From Macrostomum hystrix (lineage: Eukaryota > Animalia > Platyhelminthes): a stretch of 64,000 nucleotides of DNA. Below the pieces are notes generated by a model. It saw only the letters and a list, made by a program, of their open reading frames with translations, had not been told where the DNA came from and did no database searches. Position numbers and translations under genes: made by a program. Below are positions 1-13,449 of this stretch, in pieces (positions within the stretch are counted from its first letter, which is position 1; each line of letters opens with the position of its first letter). The DNA lies in NCBI GenBank assembly GCA_950097015.1, contig CATNEN010000037.1, positions 1,798,001-1,862,000 on the forward strand, in the 5' to 3' direction.

Positions 1-542
1 CCTGAGCCAATCAGAAGCGGCGCCTTGTGCCCAATCCGATCAACCAATGGTCCGACTAGGAGATTTCCGATCACCTCAACGCCCGGCTTCAGTCCCAGTA
101 CTAGGCCAATCTGTGGCGCATACTTCGCGTACAGCTGCTTCTCACTGCTGAACTGATCTGGCGATGAAGCTGAGAACTGAGAAGAAACGTTGGCCGAATG
201 GTTGCTGCCCAGTTGACGGCTGGAGGTGATGCCACCGCCGCCGCAGCGGAACAGACTGGAAAGCCAGGATGACCAGGTTAGTCCGCCGTGTTTCAGCTGG
301 TCGAGCTCGTAGAGCATGGCTGGCAGCAGTGGTTCGAGTACGGTGATTAGCATCACGTCTAGCATAAGCAGCAGTGTAACCACCGCGACAACCAGACTCT
401 TTGACTCGCGCACCCTCGTCCAACAGCTTTTGTTTGTTCCGTTAAGACGCTCATTAACTGGTTGATACATTTTGATTCGTCTATTTTCTGCCTCGACCTG
501 GCTATGGTGGGTATTACAGCTCTGCGGCTTGATTCTAGCCAT
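1..542 (-). CDS. 5' part of an SLC18A-family (VMAT/VAChT-like) vesicular amine transporter; runs off the window start
   Basis: Manual translation from the ATG at 542 is open to base 1: MARIKPQSC...WTRVRESKSLVVAVVTLLLMLDVMLITVLEPLLP...(luminal loop)...QIGLVLGLKPGVEVIGNLLVGPLVDRIGHKAPLLIGS. This resembles VMAT TM1 (RESRKL..LLLDNMLLTVVVPIIP) and TM2/3 (GLLFASKA..NP.IG.L.NRIGY). Not in the ORF track because the window contains no stop codon for it. Confidence 0.85.
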   Translation of the reverse strand, partial: MARIKPQSCNTHHSQVEAENRRIKMYQPVNERLNGTNKSCWTRVRESKSLVVAVVTLLLMLDVMLITVLEPLLPAMLYELDQLKHGGLTWSSWLSSLFRCGGGGITSSRQLGSNHSANVSSQFSASSPDQFSSEKQLYAKYAPQIGLVLGLKPGVEVIGNLLVGPLVDRIGHKAPLLIGS

Positions 543-2567
543 GGATACTTCAATTCGTTTGCACTTTTTTATTCTACGCCCTGCGGTCCTCCAAAGTGTA
601 GCATTAGCAGCTTGAAATGGACGGCCCTTTCAGCCAATCAGCTTGCTGGTAGGGGTTTAGGGATCGACGACTGGGGCACGAAAATAGACGGAGTTTCACA
701 GAGTACATTCTCTCGACCGCATGCGCTCAGATCATGATAGGTACGATCGATCTAGCTTTTTGACAGTACTGGTTGCTCGCCTGTGAAGTACATGAGAAAA
801 AAGTCGTCTGAATATTTAACCGCATTTCGCTTTTCACACGCAAAAAATTTCGATAAACCTTTACCGCGCATTATATCGATCAATGGTTAAAGCAAAACTA
901 CTCGTATTAGACGATAAGTTGACCTAATTTTTTGGCGTTAAATTTTCCTCCACTTTTGCGTCTTTTTATCAAGAACACACTTGCCTAGTTGTGACTGCGG
1001 TTTTATAAAGAGCTAATGGGAGTTTAATAAAGTAAATATTAATGAATCTAATGGTTGCATCAGTGATCGTTAATAGCTGGTTGGAATGGGCCGACGTCAA
1101 AGGGCATGCATATAATCGATTCTAATAAATCCAATAACAGCCTGAGTTATCTCTCCAAAACACCCAACTCCAGCACCTACACAACTACTCTGCAGTTCAG
1201 AACAGGGTGAAAATTTATCGTTTAAAAGTTTCAACGACATATGTTGTATGACGACAGACACCTATATTCAAGACTGCATTTTCGCCGCACCGTTAAAAAT
1301 GGACCCTCTAGATCACTCTTCGGAATTCCAATCGGATCTTCATAAACGATTTCTAGACAAGCTTTGATTGTTTTAGGGACCTGTGCATTGAGATCTCTGT
1401 GTAGTATTTGGCATGAAATGATAAAATTAGGACAAATTTTATTTTAGCTCTTGAATATTCGCTTAAAAACGAACTGACTGTGTTGAATGATTAACAAGAT
1501 AAGAAGATATGAGTTAGGTCTATCGGAGACTCAACAAATCGTAGTTTTCATTGGTGGACTAGGATACTGGACCTTAAGAAAAGAAGAGAATAAATAGCCA
1601 AAAGCAATTCAACTAAAAATATGGATCCACAAGTCGAAGTAGCGTATTTTATTTAATACCTATCATTTTTAACTGCAAAGCAAGCTTCTCTGATATCCTA
1701 TATATCATCGGATCTATCTCAATAAATATAGTCTTTTGTTTTAATTAACGAAGAGAACGAACTTTTTAGCACATTTTAAATAGACCGTTTCGTGTAAACA
1801 TATTATGTTTAAGGTCAGAAATCTGGATGTTGTATAAATAATGAAAATTGCAAGCTTTAGTGAGCCTAAATTGTTTTCTAAAAATGAAAAAAATTATAAT
1901 AGCTCGTTTACTATTTAGTAAAGCAAAGTATATCTATGATATACTGATCCAGTAAAATTATGTGTGTGTGAGTAAATTGTAATTATTGACAATAGGCCAG
2001 ATGTCAGAGATGTACAATAATGAAATGAATATTTTTTATGTTATATCAGACATTTAATTGTTATCGTTTGCTAGCTAGCCTAGTGAATTTTAAAAGGTAA
2101 ACACTTTATTTCTAACATAGGCCTGCAACAGTGCCAAGAACAAGTATTATATTTTTATGAAATTTAAATATGATTTTTACCAGCTACACTTTCATGCTTT
2201 TTGTATACTTGTTATTCTTGGATTTTAATTATATTAAATTTATTGAATTTATTATATTGATTAGCTAGACTATTAATTTCAAGTTTAACTCTTTAAGATA
2301 CTATTTTAATGCTTTCCTATGCATGCCTAAAGAAGTCAAAGGATATGCCTATGCCATAGAAACAGGAGTGTTTTTTAATGCCAAAGTACATGTTTTTATT
2401 ATTGATATATATTTACTCAAAATTAGTAATACATTTCATTATTAGTAATTAAATTATTTTAAAACTGTTATAAATAACAAATATAACTTTCAATGATTGT
2501 TTCAGGCTTTTTTATATGGACCTGATAGTAGACCAGTTGGCTAACTAAAAGATCAAATTCTAGAAAG

Positions 2568-5500
2568 ATGATTGACTCAATACTTCTCTACCTTCTTCTT
2601 TATGTATTATCATTTCTGCTTGGCTTGGCAGTGATTTGGTATCTAACAGAGTAAGTATTAGCTAGTATTAAAAATGCTTTGATTGAATTATATAATCAGT
2701 AACAATAATATTTGCCATTTTAGCAAGGCAAAGCTGATTCGCTATGAAGATAGCAGTTCAGATGAATCTGATAATCAAAATAAAAGTGCCACTCAGTCAC
2801 ATTGCACTGTTTGTGGAAATGCAAACTGCTATAGGCCTAGGTAATTATTTTTTTGTTAATTTCAACTAATTTAAACTGACTAAGTATAAAATATAAGTGC
2901 ACTTCATTTTTAGCAACTCTGTGATGAGCACATTTCCACCTTATCTGAATACAAACTTTTATGTGGATGAGCCAGTTAGTGATGCCTTGTTTGAGGTAAG
3001 TGAATCATATGTGTTCAGCTTTAATTGAATCAGATTCTTTAATACGAGCTACTTTGAAATTCAGTAAAATTCTCTGCTTAAATCTATATTCTTTTTTAGT
3101 TCTTTGAGCTTCTGATTGAACGATACATTCACTGCTGGTATAAGTGAGTTACATTATTAAGGAATATATTTTTTGTTTTTAAAGGTTAAATTGAGTATTG
3201 TAAATTATTTGATCCTATTGTTCCAGAGAGATCAGTAGCCGGGAGGACTTTATCAATGACATTCGATTGCACATGAAATATTCAATATCTGCTCTGCTGC
3301 ATCGGTTGTCTCGTGTATGTTGCTATTGTTTCTTATATTCCATTATGGAATAGATAATTAAAGCTAAGACAAGATTTCAAAAACCTTCGAATATATTTTC
3401 AGTGCGACATTGGACAGTTTGTAGAAGATCAGGTAGTACCGGGGGCTGTGGCTCATTATCAGGTGTGCAGCGATGTACTGCGCAGAGGTAAATAAGTTTT
3501 TACTTTGCTGAAGCAATTTTTCATCGACTAGAACTTACGAGATCAAGAACGACCAATTGGGACTCAATATTAATAAGGATAGTAAAAAACCACTGTGAAA
3601 AATAATTTGTTATGACAGGACTCACAGGAGTCATATCAACATCACAAATAACTTGTTGAAACAGAATCCCATGTAGGGATCAGGAATTGCCTGTGGAAAC
3701 AGAATCCCACGAAGGGATCACAAATGACCTTTAGGAACAGAATCCCATGTAAGGATCACGAATGACCTGTGGGAACAGAATCCCATGTAAGGATCACGAA
3801 TAACCTGTGGGAACAGAATCCCATGCAAGGATCACGAATGACCTGTGGGAACAGAATCCCATGTAAGGATCACGAATGACCTGTGGGAACAGAATCCCAT
3901 GTAAGGATCACGAATGACCTGTGGGAACAGAATCCCATGTAAGGATCACGAATGACCTGTGGGAACAGAATCCCATGTAAGGATCACGAAGGACTAGTGG
4001 GAACAGAATCCCATGTAAGGATCACGAATGACCTGTGGGAACAGAATCCCATGCAAGGATCACGAATAACCTGTGGGAACAGAATCCCATGCAAGGATCA
4101 CGAATGACCTGTGGGAACAGAATCCCATGTAAGGATCACGAATGAACTGTGGGAACAGAATCCCATGTAAGGATCACGAATAACCTGTGGGAACAGAATC
4201 CCATGTAAGGATCACGAATGACCTGTGGGAACAGAATCCCATGTAAGGATCACGAATAACCTGTGGGAACAGAATCCCATGTAAGGATCACGAATGACCT
4301 GTGGGAACAGAATCCCATGTAAGGATCACGAATGACCTGTGGGAACAGAATCCCATGTAAGGATCACGAAGGACTAGTGGGAACAGAATCCCATGTAAGG
4401 ATCACGAAGGACTAGTGGGAACAGAATCCCATGTAAGGATCACGAATGACTTGTGGGAATAGAATCCCACGTAGAGATCACGAATGACATGTGGGAGCGG
4501 AATCCCACGTAGGAATCACGCAGGTCCTATGGGATTGTGGGAACAGAATAGGGATATTATTCATAGGGATCATAAATGACCTGTGTGAACAAAAGTCCCA
4601 CTTGGGGATCACGTTTATTATTATGAATGACCGGTAGAAAGTATCTATTTTGAGAAAGTGGATCCCAACGCCCGCAGGAAATCTCGGCTCGACGTCCAAC
4701 TTCGAGTCGCTAATGCTGCGCAATATGCGCGGCCATTTGCACGCGGCAATGAAAGATCGCAACGCCGAGTATGACTATGTCAAAGGGCTGGTGGCTAGAC
4801 TTCTACCTCACCTCCTGCATCCGACTGCCAGGGGATCAAAGTGAGATTTGATAGCGGAAAAGCAATATTCTGCATGCATTTTAGATTTCATCTGTAACTT
4901 GCTCTTGCTCATCAACAGTATTCAGTCATTTTCTCAGGCACATTCAGCTTATTCTCAGGCTCGTCAGAGGTCTGTTCAGCCTATCCATTCAGGCTTCATT
5001 CAGCCCCTCTTCAGGCTCTGTTCAGCCTCTCCCTCAAGCTCCATTCAGTCACTCCCTCAGGCTCCATTCAGTCACTCCCCCAGGCTCTGTTCCGACTCTC
5101 CCTCAGGCTCCATTCAGTCACTCCCTCAGGCTCCATTAAGTCACTCCCCCAGGCTCTGTTCAGCCTCTCCCTCAGGCTCCATTCAGTCACTCCCTCAGGC
5201 TCTATTCAGTCACTCCCTCAGGCTCTATTCAGCCCCTCCCTCAGGGTCCATTCAGACACTCCCTGAGCTTCATGCAGCTTCATCTCCAGACCTTGCTACT
5301 CAGCGTACCTATCTAAAATCGAATTAGCCGCACCCACTCCCCTGATCTCATTCAGGAGCCTGGAGCTGCTCCTGACGGAGATTCTCACAGTTGCCGTAGT
5401 GATGCCAGCCCTAGACTCGCTGGCCAATCCGCACACTGTCAATCGGTTAATTCTAGAAGCTCTGGACCAATCACCGCTGCCTCAGCCAAGCGGCCAGCCA

Positions 5501-8500
5501 GTTGCCAAAGTGCCGGCTCTGCATCGCTACATTGAGCTCGCTAAGGCTGCCAGCCAAGCAGAATGGCAGCAACAGCAGCAGCAGCAGCAGCAGGGTCTGC
5601 AGCCGCCTAGCAATATTGGCAGCATCTACGAACATCACGGCCTGCGTCAGGCCTTTATTGATTTTATGAAACTGTGCGACAGTCTAGAACTGATGATCTT
5701 CTATGGCGATCTGGGTTAGTGCGTTTCGTTATTTTCCTTGGTCTTTAGCGTTTCTCTTCTGTTGAAAGTTTTGCAAAGATTTTCCCAATTTGCAGAGATG
5801 ATTAACAAAGACCTAGTAGCGGCCGAGATTCGCGATAACACCTGTCAGCGCATCTACTCTGATATCGAACGCATCTACGAATCGTTGCTGCATCACAACA
5901 AGGATATAATTGCGGCACTACAGCTGCCTGAGGAGTTTATGGATTGCCTGCGAACAGGTGAGCTGACACCTGCCAATCACACCTTTGCATATTTTGTTGA
6001 CGTGAATGCATTTGATGTGCTTTAGTTTATTTGCTATTTTCATAAATTTTGCACAATTTCATGACTTCAATCAACTCAAACCACCGTTTCCAGTTGTGAA
6101 GGACGGAGCCAGCTCAGTGCCGAGCTTGCGAACAAGTTCTGCTTGGTTTGCGTGAGTCAGACAGCTAGTTGTATAGTTGGCTACTTCTACAAGCAAAATA
6201 CACGCTAAAGCCTTCGAAATCCTATTAGATAATCGATAGTTTAACTCACGCCTTCAAAACCCCGATAGAACAGCCATAGATGCACTCAAGCCTATCAAAA
6301 CCCCGATAGAACCGCCATAGATGCACCCAAGCCTATCAAAACCCCGATAGAACAGCCATAGATGCACTCAAGCCTATCAAAACCCCGATAGAACAGCCAT
6401 AGATGCACTCAAGCCTATCAAAACCCCGATAGAACAGCCATAGATGCACTCAAGCCTATCAAAACCCAAACAGAACAGCCATAGATGCACTCAAGCCTAT
6501 CAAAACCCCGATAGAACAGCCATAGATGCACTCAAGCCTATCAAAACCCCGATAGAACAGCCATAGATGCACTCAAGCCTATCAAAACCCCGATAGAACA
6601 GCCATAGATGCACTCAAGCCTATAAAAACCAAAACAGAACCGCCATAGATGCACTTAAGTCTATCAAAACCCAAACAGAACAGCCATAGATGCACTCAAG
6701 CATATCAAAACCCAAACAGAACCGCCATAGATGCACTCAAGCCTATCAAAACCCCGATAGAACAGCCATAGATGCACTCAAGCCTATCAAAACCCCGATA
6801 GAACAGCCATAGATGCACTCAAGCCTATCAAAACCCAAACAGAACAGCCATAGATGCACTCAAGCCTATCAAAACCCCGATAGAACAGCCATAGATGCAC
6901 TCAAGCCTATAAAAACCAAAACAGAACCACCATAGATGCACTCAAGCCTATCAAAACCCAAACAGAACAGCCATAGATGCACTCAAGCCTATCAAAACCC
7001 AAACAGAACAGCCATAGATGCACTCAAGCCTATCAAAACCCCGATAGAACAGCCATAGATGCACTCAAGCCTATCAAAACCCCGATAGAACAGCCATAGA
7101 TGCACTCAAGCCTATAAAAACCAAAACAGAACCGCCATAGATGCACTCAAGTCTATCAAAACCCAAACAGAACAGCCATAGATGCACTCAAGCCTATCAA
7201 AACCCAAACAGAACCGCCATAGATGCACTCAAGCCTATCAAAACCCCGATAGAACAGCCATAGATGCACTCAAGCCTATCAAAACCCCGATAGAACAGCC
7301 ATAGATGCACTCAAGCCTATCAAAACCCAAACAGAACAGCCATAGATGCACTCAAGCCTATCAAAACCCAAACAGAACAGCCATAGATGCACTCAAGCAT
7401 ATCAAAACCCAAACAGAACAGCCATAGATGCACTCAAGCATATCAAAACCCAAACAGAACCGCCATAGATGCACTCAAGCCTATAAAAACCCAAACAGAA
7501 CAGCCATAGATGCACTCAAGCCTATAAAAACCCAAACAGAACAGCCATAGATGCACTCAAGCTTTCACAATGCAAACGGCACCAGATAGACCCTATGTCA
7601 AATGTACATTAACTGTACACATAAAATTGCAGTGCCCATGAGCGGGTCTGTAACTTCCTAGAAACGCACTATCTGCCAGCATTTGCTAGCAGCGACTGCT
7701 ATTTAAAACTGGTGGTGCTAGAGGAGTCGGGATCTCGAGACAGCGGCCAAAGCTTGTCTAAGAGCAAGTAAGAGTTACTGCTTTTATAAAATGCTAGCGC
7801 CTGTTATTTTTCATTCAGTGTTGTTCTGCTGTCACTGCTTTAATTAATGTGCATATCTCAGAATTATATTTTCGTTGTGTTAAAATTTGCTACCATGAAT
7901 TCAACAGACTACTAGCTCCTAACCGTAGAAAGTACTATGTATAGGATACTTCACTCATGCAAAACATAGAATGAAACGAGTTGACCTGCAAAATTATTAA
8001 AAGACTGGCCCCATTGGCCAGCGCGGCCGCCGCTCTCTCCTGGTGGTGGGAGAGAACTAAAGCGGCCGCCAGTTTAGCTGCGGAATCCAATAGCGCAGTT
8101 GAAGCTATCGAAGTTGCAGCCAAGGCTTCCGCGTTGGATGAAGAAGCCGGTTCCGGGTGAGGAGGAAGTCGGCGATTTTTAATTATTTGAGACACGAGAC
8201 TTCTACCTTTGATTTCCTTTCGGTAAAAGGACAAGCGGTCTAGTGTGACAAGCCACTTTTTTGTCATGGTGATAGTATTTTTCTATTGTGTTGGGATTTG
8301 TGGTATTTAGTTTGTATTTTTTAAATTTAGTCTATTTTTTCCCGATGTAAACCGGTAACGTCACTCATGGAACTTTTGAGTTGTTACAAATAGCTTCTCT
8401 AACGACTCAAGCGCTTCTCTAACGACTCAAGCGTTTCTCTAGCGACTCAAGCGCTTCTCAAACGACTCAAGCGCTTCTTTAAAACTCTAGCGCTTCTCTA

Positions 8501-11500
8501 ACGACTCAAGCGTTTCTCTAGCGACTCAAGCGCTTCTCTAACGACTCAAGCGTTTCTCTAGCGACTCAAGCGCTTCTCTAACGACTCTAGCGTTTCTCTA
8601 GCGACTCAAGCGCTTCTCTAACGACTCTAGCGCTTCTCTAACGACTCAAGCGTTTCTCTAGCGACTCAAGCGCTTCTCTAACGACTCTAGCGCTTCTCTA
8701 ACGACTCAAGCGTTTCTCTAGCGACTCAAGCGCTTCTCTAACGACTCAAGCGTTTCTCTAGCGACTCAAGCGCTTCTCAAACGACTCAAGCGCTTCTCAA
8801 ACGACTCAAGCGCTTCTTTAAAACTCTAGCGCTTCTCTAACGACTCAAGCGTTTCTCTAGCGACTCAAGCGCTTCTCTAACGACTCAAGCGTTTCTCTAG
8901 CGACTCAAGCGCTTCTCTAACGACTCAAGCGCTTCTCAAACGACTCAAGCGCTTCTTTAAAACTCAAGCGCTTCTCTAACGACTCAAGCGCTTCTCAAAC
9001 GACTCAAGCGCTTCTTTAATACTCAAGCGCTTCTCTAACGACTCAAGCGTTTCTCTAGCGACTCAAGCGCTTCTCTAACGACTCAAGCGCTTCTCTAACG
9101 ACTCAAGCGCTTCTCTAATGACTCAAGCGCTTCTCTAACGACTCAAGCGCTTCTCTAACGACTCAAGCGCTTCTCTAATGACTCAAGCGCTTCTCTAACG
9201 ACTCAAGCGCTTCTCTAACGACTCAAGCGCTTCTCTAACGACTCAAGCGCTTCTCTAACGACTCAAGCGCTTCTCTAACGACTCAAGCGCTTCTCTAGCG
9301 ACTCAAGAGCTTCTCTAACGACTCAAGCGCTTCTCTAACGACTCAAGAGCTTCTGTAAGTACTCAAATGGTTTTCTAACGACTCGAAGTCTTTTTTAACT
9401 GCTCAAACTTCTCTTTAATGTCACAAGCGCCTCTATATATCAGAGTCGCTAATTTAAATCGCTTCACGACTCAACAAAACCTCTTTTATGCGTTTGTTCC
9501 GTTTTTGACAGCTACGAAACATGCAGGCGCTTTGGCGTCGCTTTGAGTAGTTTCATTACTTTTTTTCTCAGGGGAGCTTATAGTGTTCGAACAGTGTTCG
9601 CGAGATCTGAAGTTCGAATTCGGCAAGACTCTTCATTCTTATTGTGCTTGAGTTTATCCAGAAATTCGTGTGAGTTTAACTGCCTCTCCCATATAGTCCA
9701 CGGACTGCATGGGAAATACATTTTTAACAACGGTACCGTTTTTCTATCGAGCTCATTTTATGCGGCTCAGGTGGCTCTGCTCTATTTTTTCTGTGTGCGC
9801 CTCAGTTTAGACGACTAGTTTGGCATTGATTCCATTTAGAACAATCCCATTTTTCGATTCAGCTCCCTAGCTCCGCCGCAGCGTTCTGCTCGATCGAGAT
9901 TCTTTCGTCAGGCGCAGTCCTCCGTAGTCGACGGTCAGGCCGTTGTGCGGCCGGCCGGCCAGGGCTCCGCTCCGCATCATCCGGCGTCTCTATCGCCGCT
10001 TCTGCCTGCTGAGGAGGCCATGGAGGATGCGGCTAGCCTGTCCTCCGGCTTGTCGCCCGTTGGCGAGCCCAAGACCATAGCCGCCGAATATCCCGAAGCT
10101 GTCTCATTGGCCGATCAGCTGACTAGACCACCGTCGTCCGTAATGGCCGCCGCCACTTCGGCTAATCGCCAGCCGCAGCAGCAGCAGCAGCAGCGTCGGC
10201 AAACATCGGAGATGGCCAACTGGCGACTGTCCGTCACTGGTCTAGGCGAGAATTCAGCTGACGATGGCCACCTGTCTAGTGGCGTTATGAAATACGTCAT
10301 TCACATCAGCTGTCCGGCAGAGGAGGGCGGCGACAGCTGGAAGGTGTACAGAAAATATTCAGAGTTCTACGTTCTGGAGGAGAAACTGCGCGAGTTTCAC
10401 GGCGCCGCTTTGGGCGACCTGCCGCTGCAGTCCAAACGCCTGATTGGCAGCTCTAGCCGCGAGTTTCTCACTGGCAAGCGAGCCGAGTTGGAGAGCTTCC
10501 TGCATGCCCTACTGGCCAAGCCGCTGCTGAGACAGTCTCAGCTGCTTCGCCTGTTCCTCACAGACCAGCTGCAGGAGTTTGAGACGAGCCTGCTGCCTGA
10601 TCTCAGCCTGAACCGGCTCACATCCAAGTTTCAGAGGCGCGGATTCTTCCTAGCCAAAGACTTCCTGCCCGGCCTGCTGTCGTCAACCCAGGCTCCAAGG
10701 CCGGAGCCGGCTGCGCGCGGCGCCTCCGTTGGCGGCGTTGTTGAATCACTTAAGCAGAGTCGGGTAAGTGTCTCATCTTTGTTTATAGACTTAGTTAGGA
10801 CTGGAGGCGAGGTAAATGACCAGCTACAAAGACTAGCTAAAGGCTTGACGGCTATCTACAAAGACTAACTAAACGTTAGACGGCCATCTATAAAAACTGT
10901 AATTAAAGGCTTGACGGCCATCTACAAAGACTGTATTCTGTAACTAAAGGCTTGACGGCCATATACAAAGACTGTAACTAGGCTTAATGACTAGCAACAA
11001 AGACTATAACTAGGTTTAATGAATAGCTACTAACACTGTAACTAGGCTTAATGACCAGCTACAAAGACTGTGACTAGGCGTAATGAATAGCTACAAAGAC
11101 TGTGACTATGCCTAATGAATAGCTACTAACACTGTAATTAGGCTTAATGAATAACTACTAACACTGTAACTAGGCTTAATGAACAGCTACAAAGACTAAT
11201 CCTCTCTGTCTGCGCAAACCAGCTGCACAACTACATGTTCTGGAACAACGCCGCCCTGTCGGCCGACCAGTCGCCCAGCCTGTCGGCACCCTGTCCCGTG
11301 ACAATACCGAAAATTTCCGGACTATACGACTTGGCCCTGTTCCTACTGGAGCGGGTCGTATTCGCCAATGGCGGCGGCAACTTGGCCAGTAGCGATATTG
11401 CCTGGTGGCGACGCTGGCTCTGCCACCTGCTGGTGGGTCTCAGGCCGGTGGCGCGGCCACTGGTTGACCGGCTGATTCGCGATCAGATCAACGCCAAACT

Positions 11501-13158
11501 GCTGCAGCTCACCAGGGACTATAGGGCTGTGCCCATTGTTCACCTGTTTCGCGGTGAGTGACGTCTGCCTCTCATCCACATTCATCTGTGGCGCAGCCGC
11601 TGAGAAAAGGCTTGGGAGGCTTGTCGTGTGATCTACACCCTTGAGGGCCAACCTCCAAGGCTCAGTGAGAGTGTACACTGCCTGATTATGAGAAAGTCAA
11701 GGCAGGTGTACACACCTATGTGATTGTGTGCCTGCGTACAGTATCTGTGTGTGTGTGTGTGTGTGTGCTCAGGAGTCAGCGAAATGGACAGAATTGCCAC
11801 CTGGCTGCTGCGGGTCTAGTGTCACCAAATGATCACAGTCCATGGACAGTGTGGCTGTGTATGTTACGAGTATACGTGTGCCTGCATGTCAGGCGTCAGG
11901 GTAGAATTCCCTCCTGAAAATTCTGTAAGGGTTCAGAAATGAGTTAATAAAATCTTCAATAAAAAATCACGCCTGGCCAGATCTGATCTTCTTTCCTGAA
12001 CGGCGGGGCACTCCCGGCGACGGCGACAAGCAGAAGCGACGAGCCGATGCTCTGGCAGCGCTGAAGGCTGCGTGCTCCGATGTCTGTAAGTTAGATGGTT
12101 ATTCGGGATCAGGATCTCAAGGTTAGTTATGCGGGATTTAGATCCTCATGTTATTTTTTTAAGATTAAGATCCCAAGGTATGCTTTACTGGATTATGATC
12201 CCAAGCTATGTGATACGGGATTATGATCCTAATGTATGTTATACGAGATTAAGATCCCAAGGTATGCTTTACTAGATTAAGATCCCAAGGTATGCTTTAC
12301 TAGATTAAGATCCCAAGGTATGCTTTACTAGATTAAGATCCCAAGGTATGCTTTACTGGATTATGATCCCAAGCTATGTGATACGAGATTATGATCCTAA
12401 TGTATGTTATACGAGATTATGATCCTAATGTATGTTATACGAGATTATGATCCTAATGTATGTTATACGAGATTAAGATCCCAAGGTATGCTTTACTAGA
12501 TTAAGATCCCAAGGTATGCTTTACTAGATTAAGATCCCAAGGTATGCTTTACTGGATTATGATCCCAAGGTATGTGATACGGGATTATGATCCTAATGTA
12601 TGTTATACGAGAATAAGATCCCAAGGTATGTTTTACGGGATTAAGATCCCACTGTTAGTTGTGCGGGATTGAGAGCCAAAGTTTCGCGGGATTTTGATCC
12701 CATGATAATTTGTTACGAGGTATATTCGTTTTCAGGATTCGGATTCCAAGTTTGGTTATGCGGGATTTAGATCTCAAGAAATAATTATTTAGGATTAAAT
12801 TCCCAGGTTATTTTTTGGGATTTAGATCTCATTTTTGTTTTTAATTCCTTGTTTTTTATGGGTTGTGGTTCTCTATGCTATCAAATTATAGGAAAAAAAT
12901 TAATTTGAATCGCATACGGCAATAACTTCTATAATTACAAGCACCCTTGTAGATGTTTTAACAAATGTCACCGCACCTGCCTTCTTTACCCGATTCGCAG
13001 ACGTGTCGCAGGCGCTGGGTCGAGGCTCGACCGAAGCCATCCTGAGTCGCCTACACGACCTGCTGCAGTATCCGCGTGTGAACAAGCAGCTGCTGTACAC
13101 CCTGCTGGATCCCATGCTGCTACAGCTATTCCCGGAGCTGCATCAGGAGGCTGCGTGA
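2568..13158 (+). CDS. SNX14: Sorting nexin-14 (TM-PXA-RGS-PX-Nexin_C), 16 exons, about 1007 aa
   Basis: Exons: 2568-2650, 2724-2840, 2914-2995, 3100-3143, 3227-3314, 3403-3487, 4678-4840, 5356-5714, 5796-5957, 6094-6151, 7633-7767, 8004-8156 (least certain), 9863-10763, 11223-11553, 11981-12085, 13001-13158. All junctions are GT-AG and phases are consistent (3024 nt). Motifs: CTVCGNANCYRP; PXA ELLIERYIHCWY and MPALDSLANPHTVN; PX WKVYRKYSEFYVLEEKLREFHG; C-terminal NKQLLYTLLD..LFPEL. Confidence 0.93.
3660..4510. repeat. 38-bp minisatellite (GGGAACAGAATCCCATGTAAGGATCACGAATGACCTGT)n in an SNX14 intron
   Basis: Period read directly from the sequence; about 22 copies with degenerate ends. Confidence 0.95.
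4960..5270. repeat. Degenerate ~23-bp repeat (GGCTCCATTCAGTCACTCCCTCA) in SNX14 intron 4841-5355
   Basis: Repeated CAGGCTC(C/T)(A/G)TTCAG units; accounts for the spurious ORF 4848..5327. Confidence 0.85.
6255..7562. repeat. 41-bp minisatellite (GATGCACTCAAGCCTATCAAAACCCCGATAGAACAGCCATA)n in an SNX14 intron
   Basis: About 32 copies; variant classes CCCCGATAG and CCCAAACAG. Confidence 0.95.
8394..9345. repeat. 20-bp minisatellite (CTCAAGCGCTTCTCTAACGA)n in an SNX14 intron
   Basis: About 47 copies, read directly. Confidence 0.95.
10870..11198. repeat. Degenerate ~32-bp repeat (GACTGTAACTAGGCTTAATGAATAGCTACAAA) in an SNX14 intron
   Basis: About 10 diverged copies between the donor at 10764 and the acceptor at 11222. 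Confidence 0.85.
11595..11715 (+). mobile_element. Fragment of a SINE family (core plus 3' end) in an SNX14 intron
   Basis: TACACCCTTGAGGGCCAACCTCCAAGGCTCAGTGAGAGTGTACACTGCCT matches the core of the SINE at 32314-32590 and is followed by GGCAGGTGTACAC and (TG)n. Confidence 0.65.
12165..12650. repeat. 28-bp minisatellite (GATTAAGATCCCAAGGTATGCTTTACTA)n in the last SNX14 intron
   Basis: About 17 copies with two variant types. Confidence 0.93.
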
Positions 13159-13449
13159 ATTTTTGACTCTCCGATCTTCGACTGAGATTAGTTTTATATA
13201 TATTCTTCTGTCTACAACATCTCTTGCGTGTTGTTTTGTAATTGTTTTATAATTTACTTAATTCTGTGTATGTTTGTGTATTTCACTGTTCTAACTTTTA
13301 AGGTGATTCCTTTGTAGTTTGATCTCCATTTAAGATTCTCCGATCTCTGGCACTTGACCCCTATGCACCTGCTGCAAATTTCAGGATAGTGAAGAACGAA
13401 TTCACCAAATAATTCTCATTGCTACAAAAATAATTTGTCCCCACATCAG

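Noticed and set aside
4848-5327. 159-aa + ORF next to SNX14 exons
   Set aside because: It starts inside the intron after the GT donor at 4841 and consists of a degenerate tandem repeat.
7935-8267. Minus-strand 110-aa Ala-rich ORF
   Set aside because: It is the antisense shadow of the candidate SNX14 exon 8004-8156 and has no recognisable domain.
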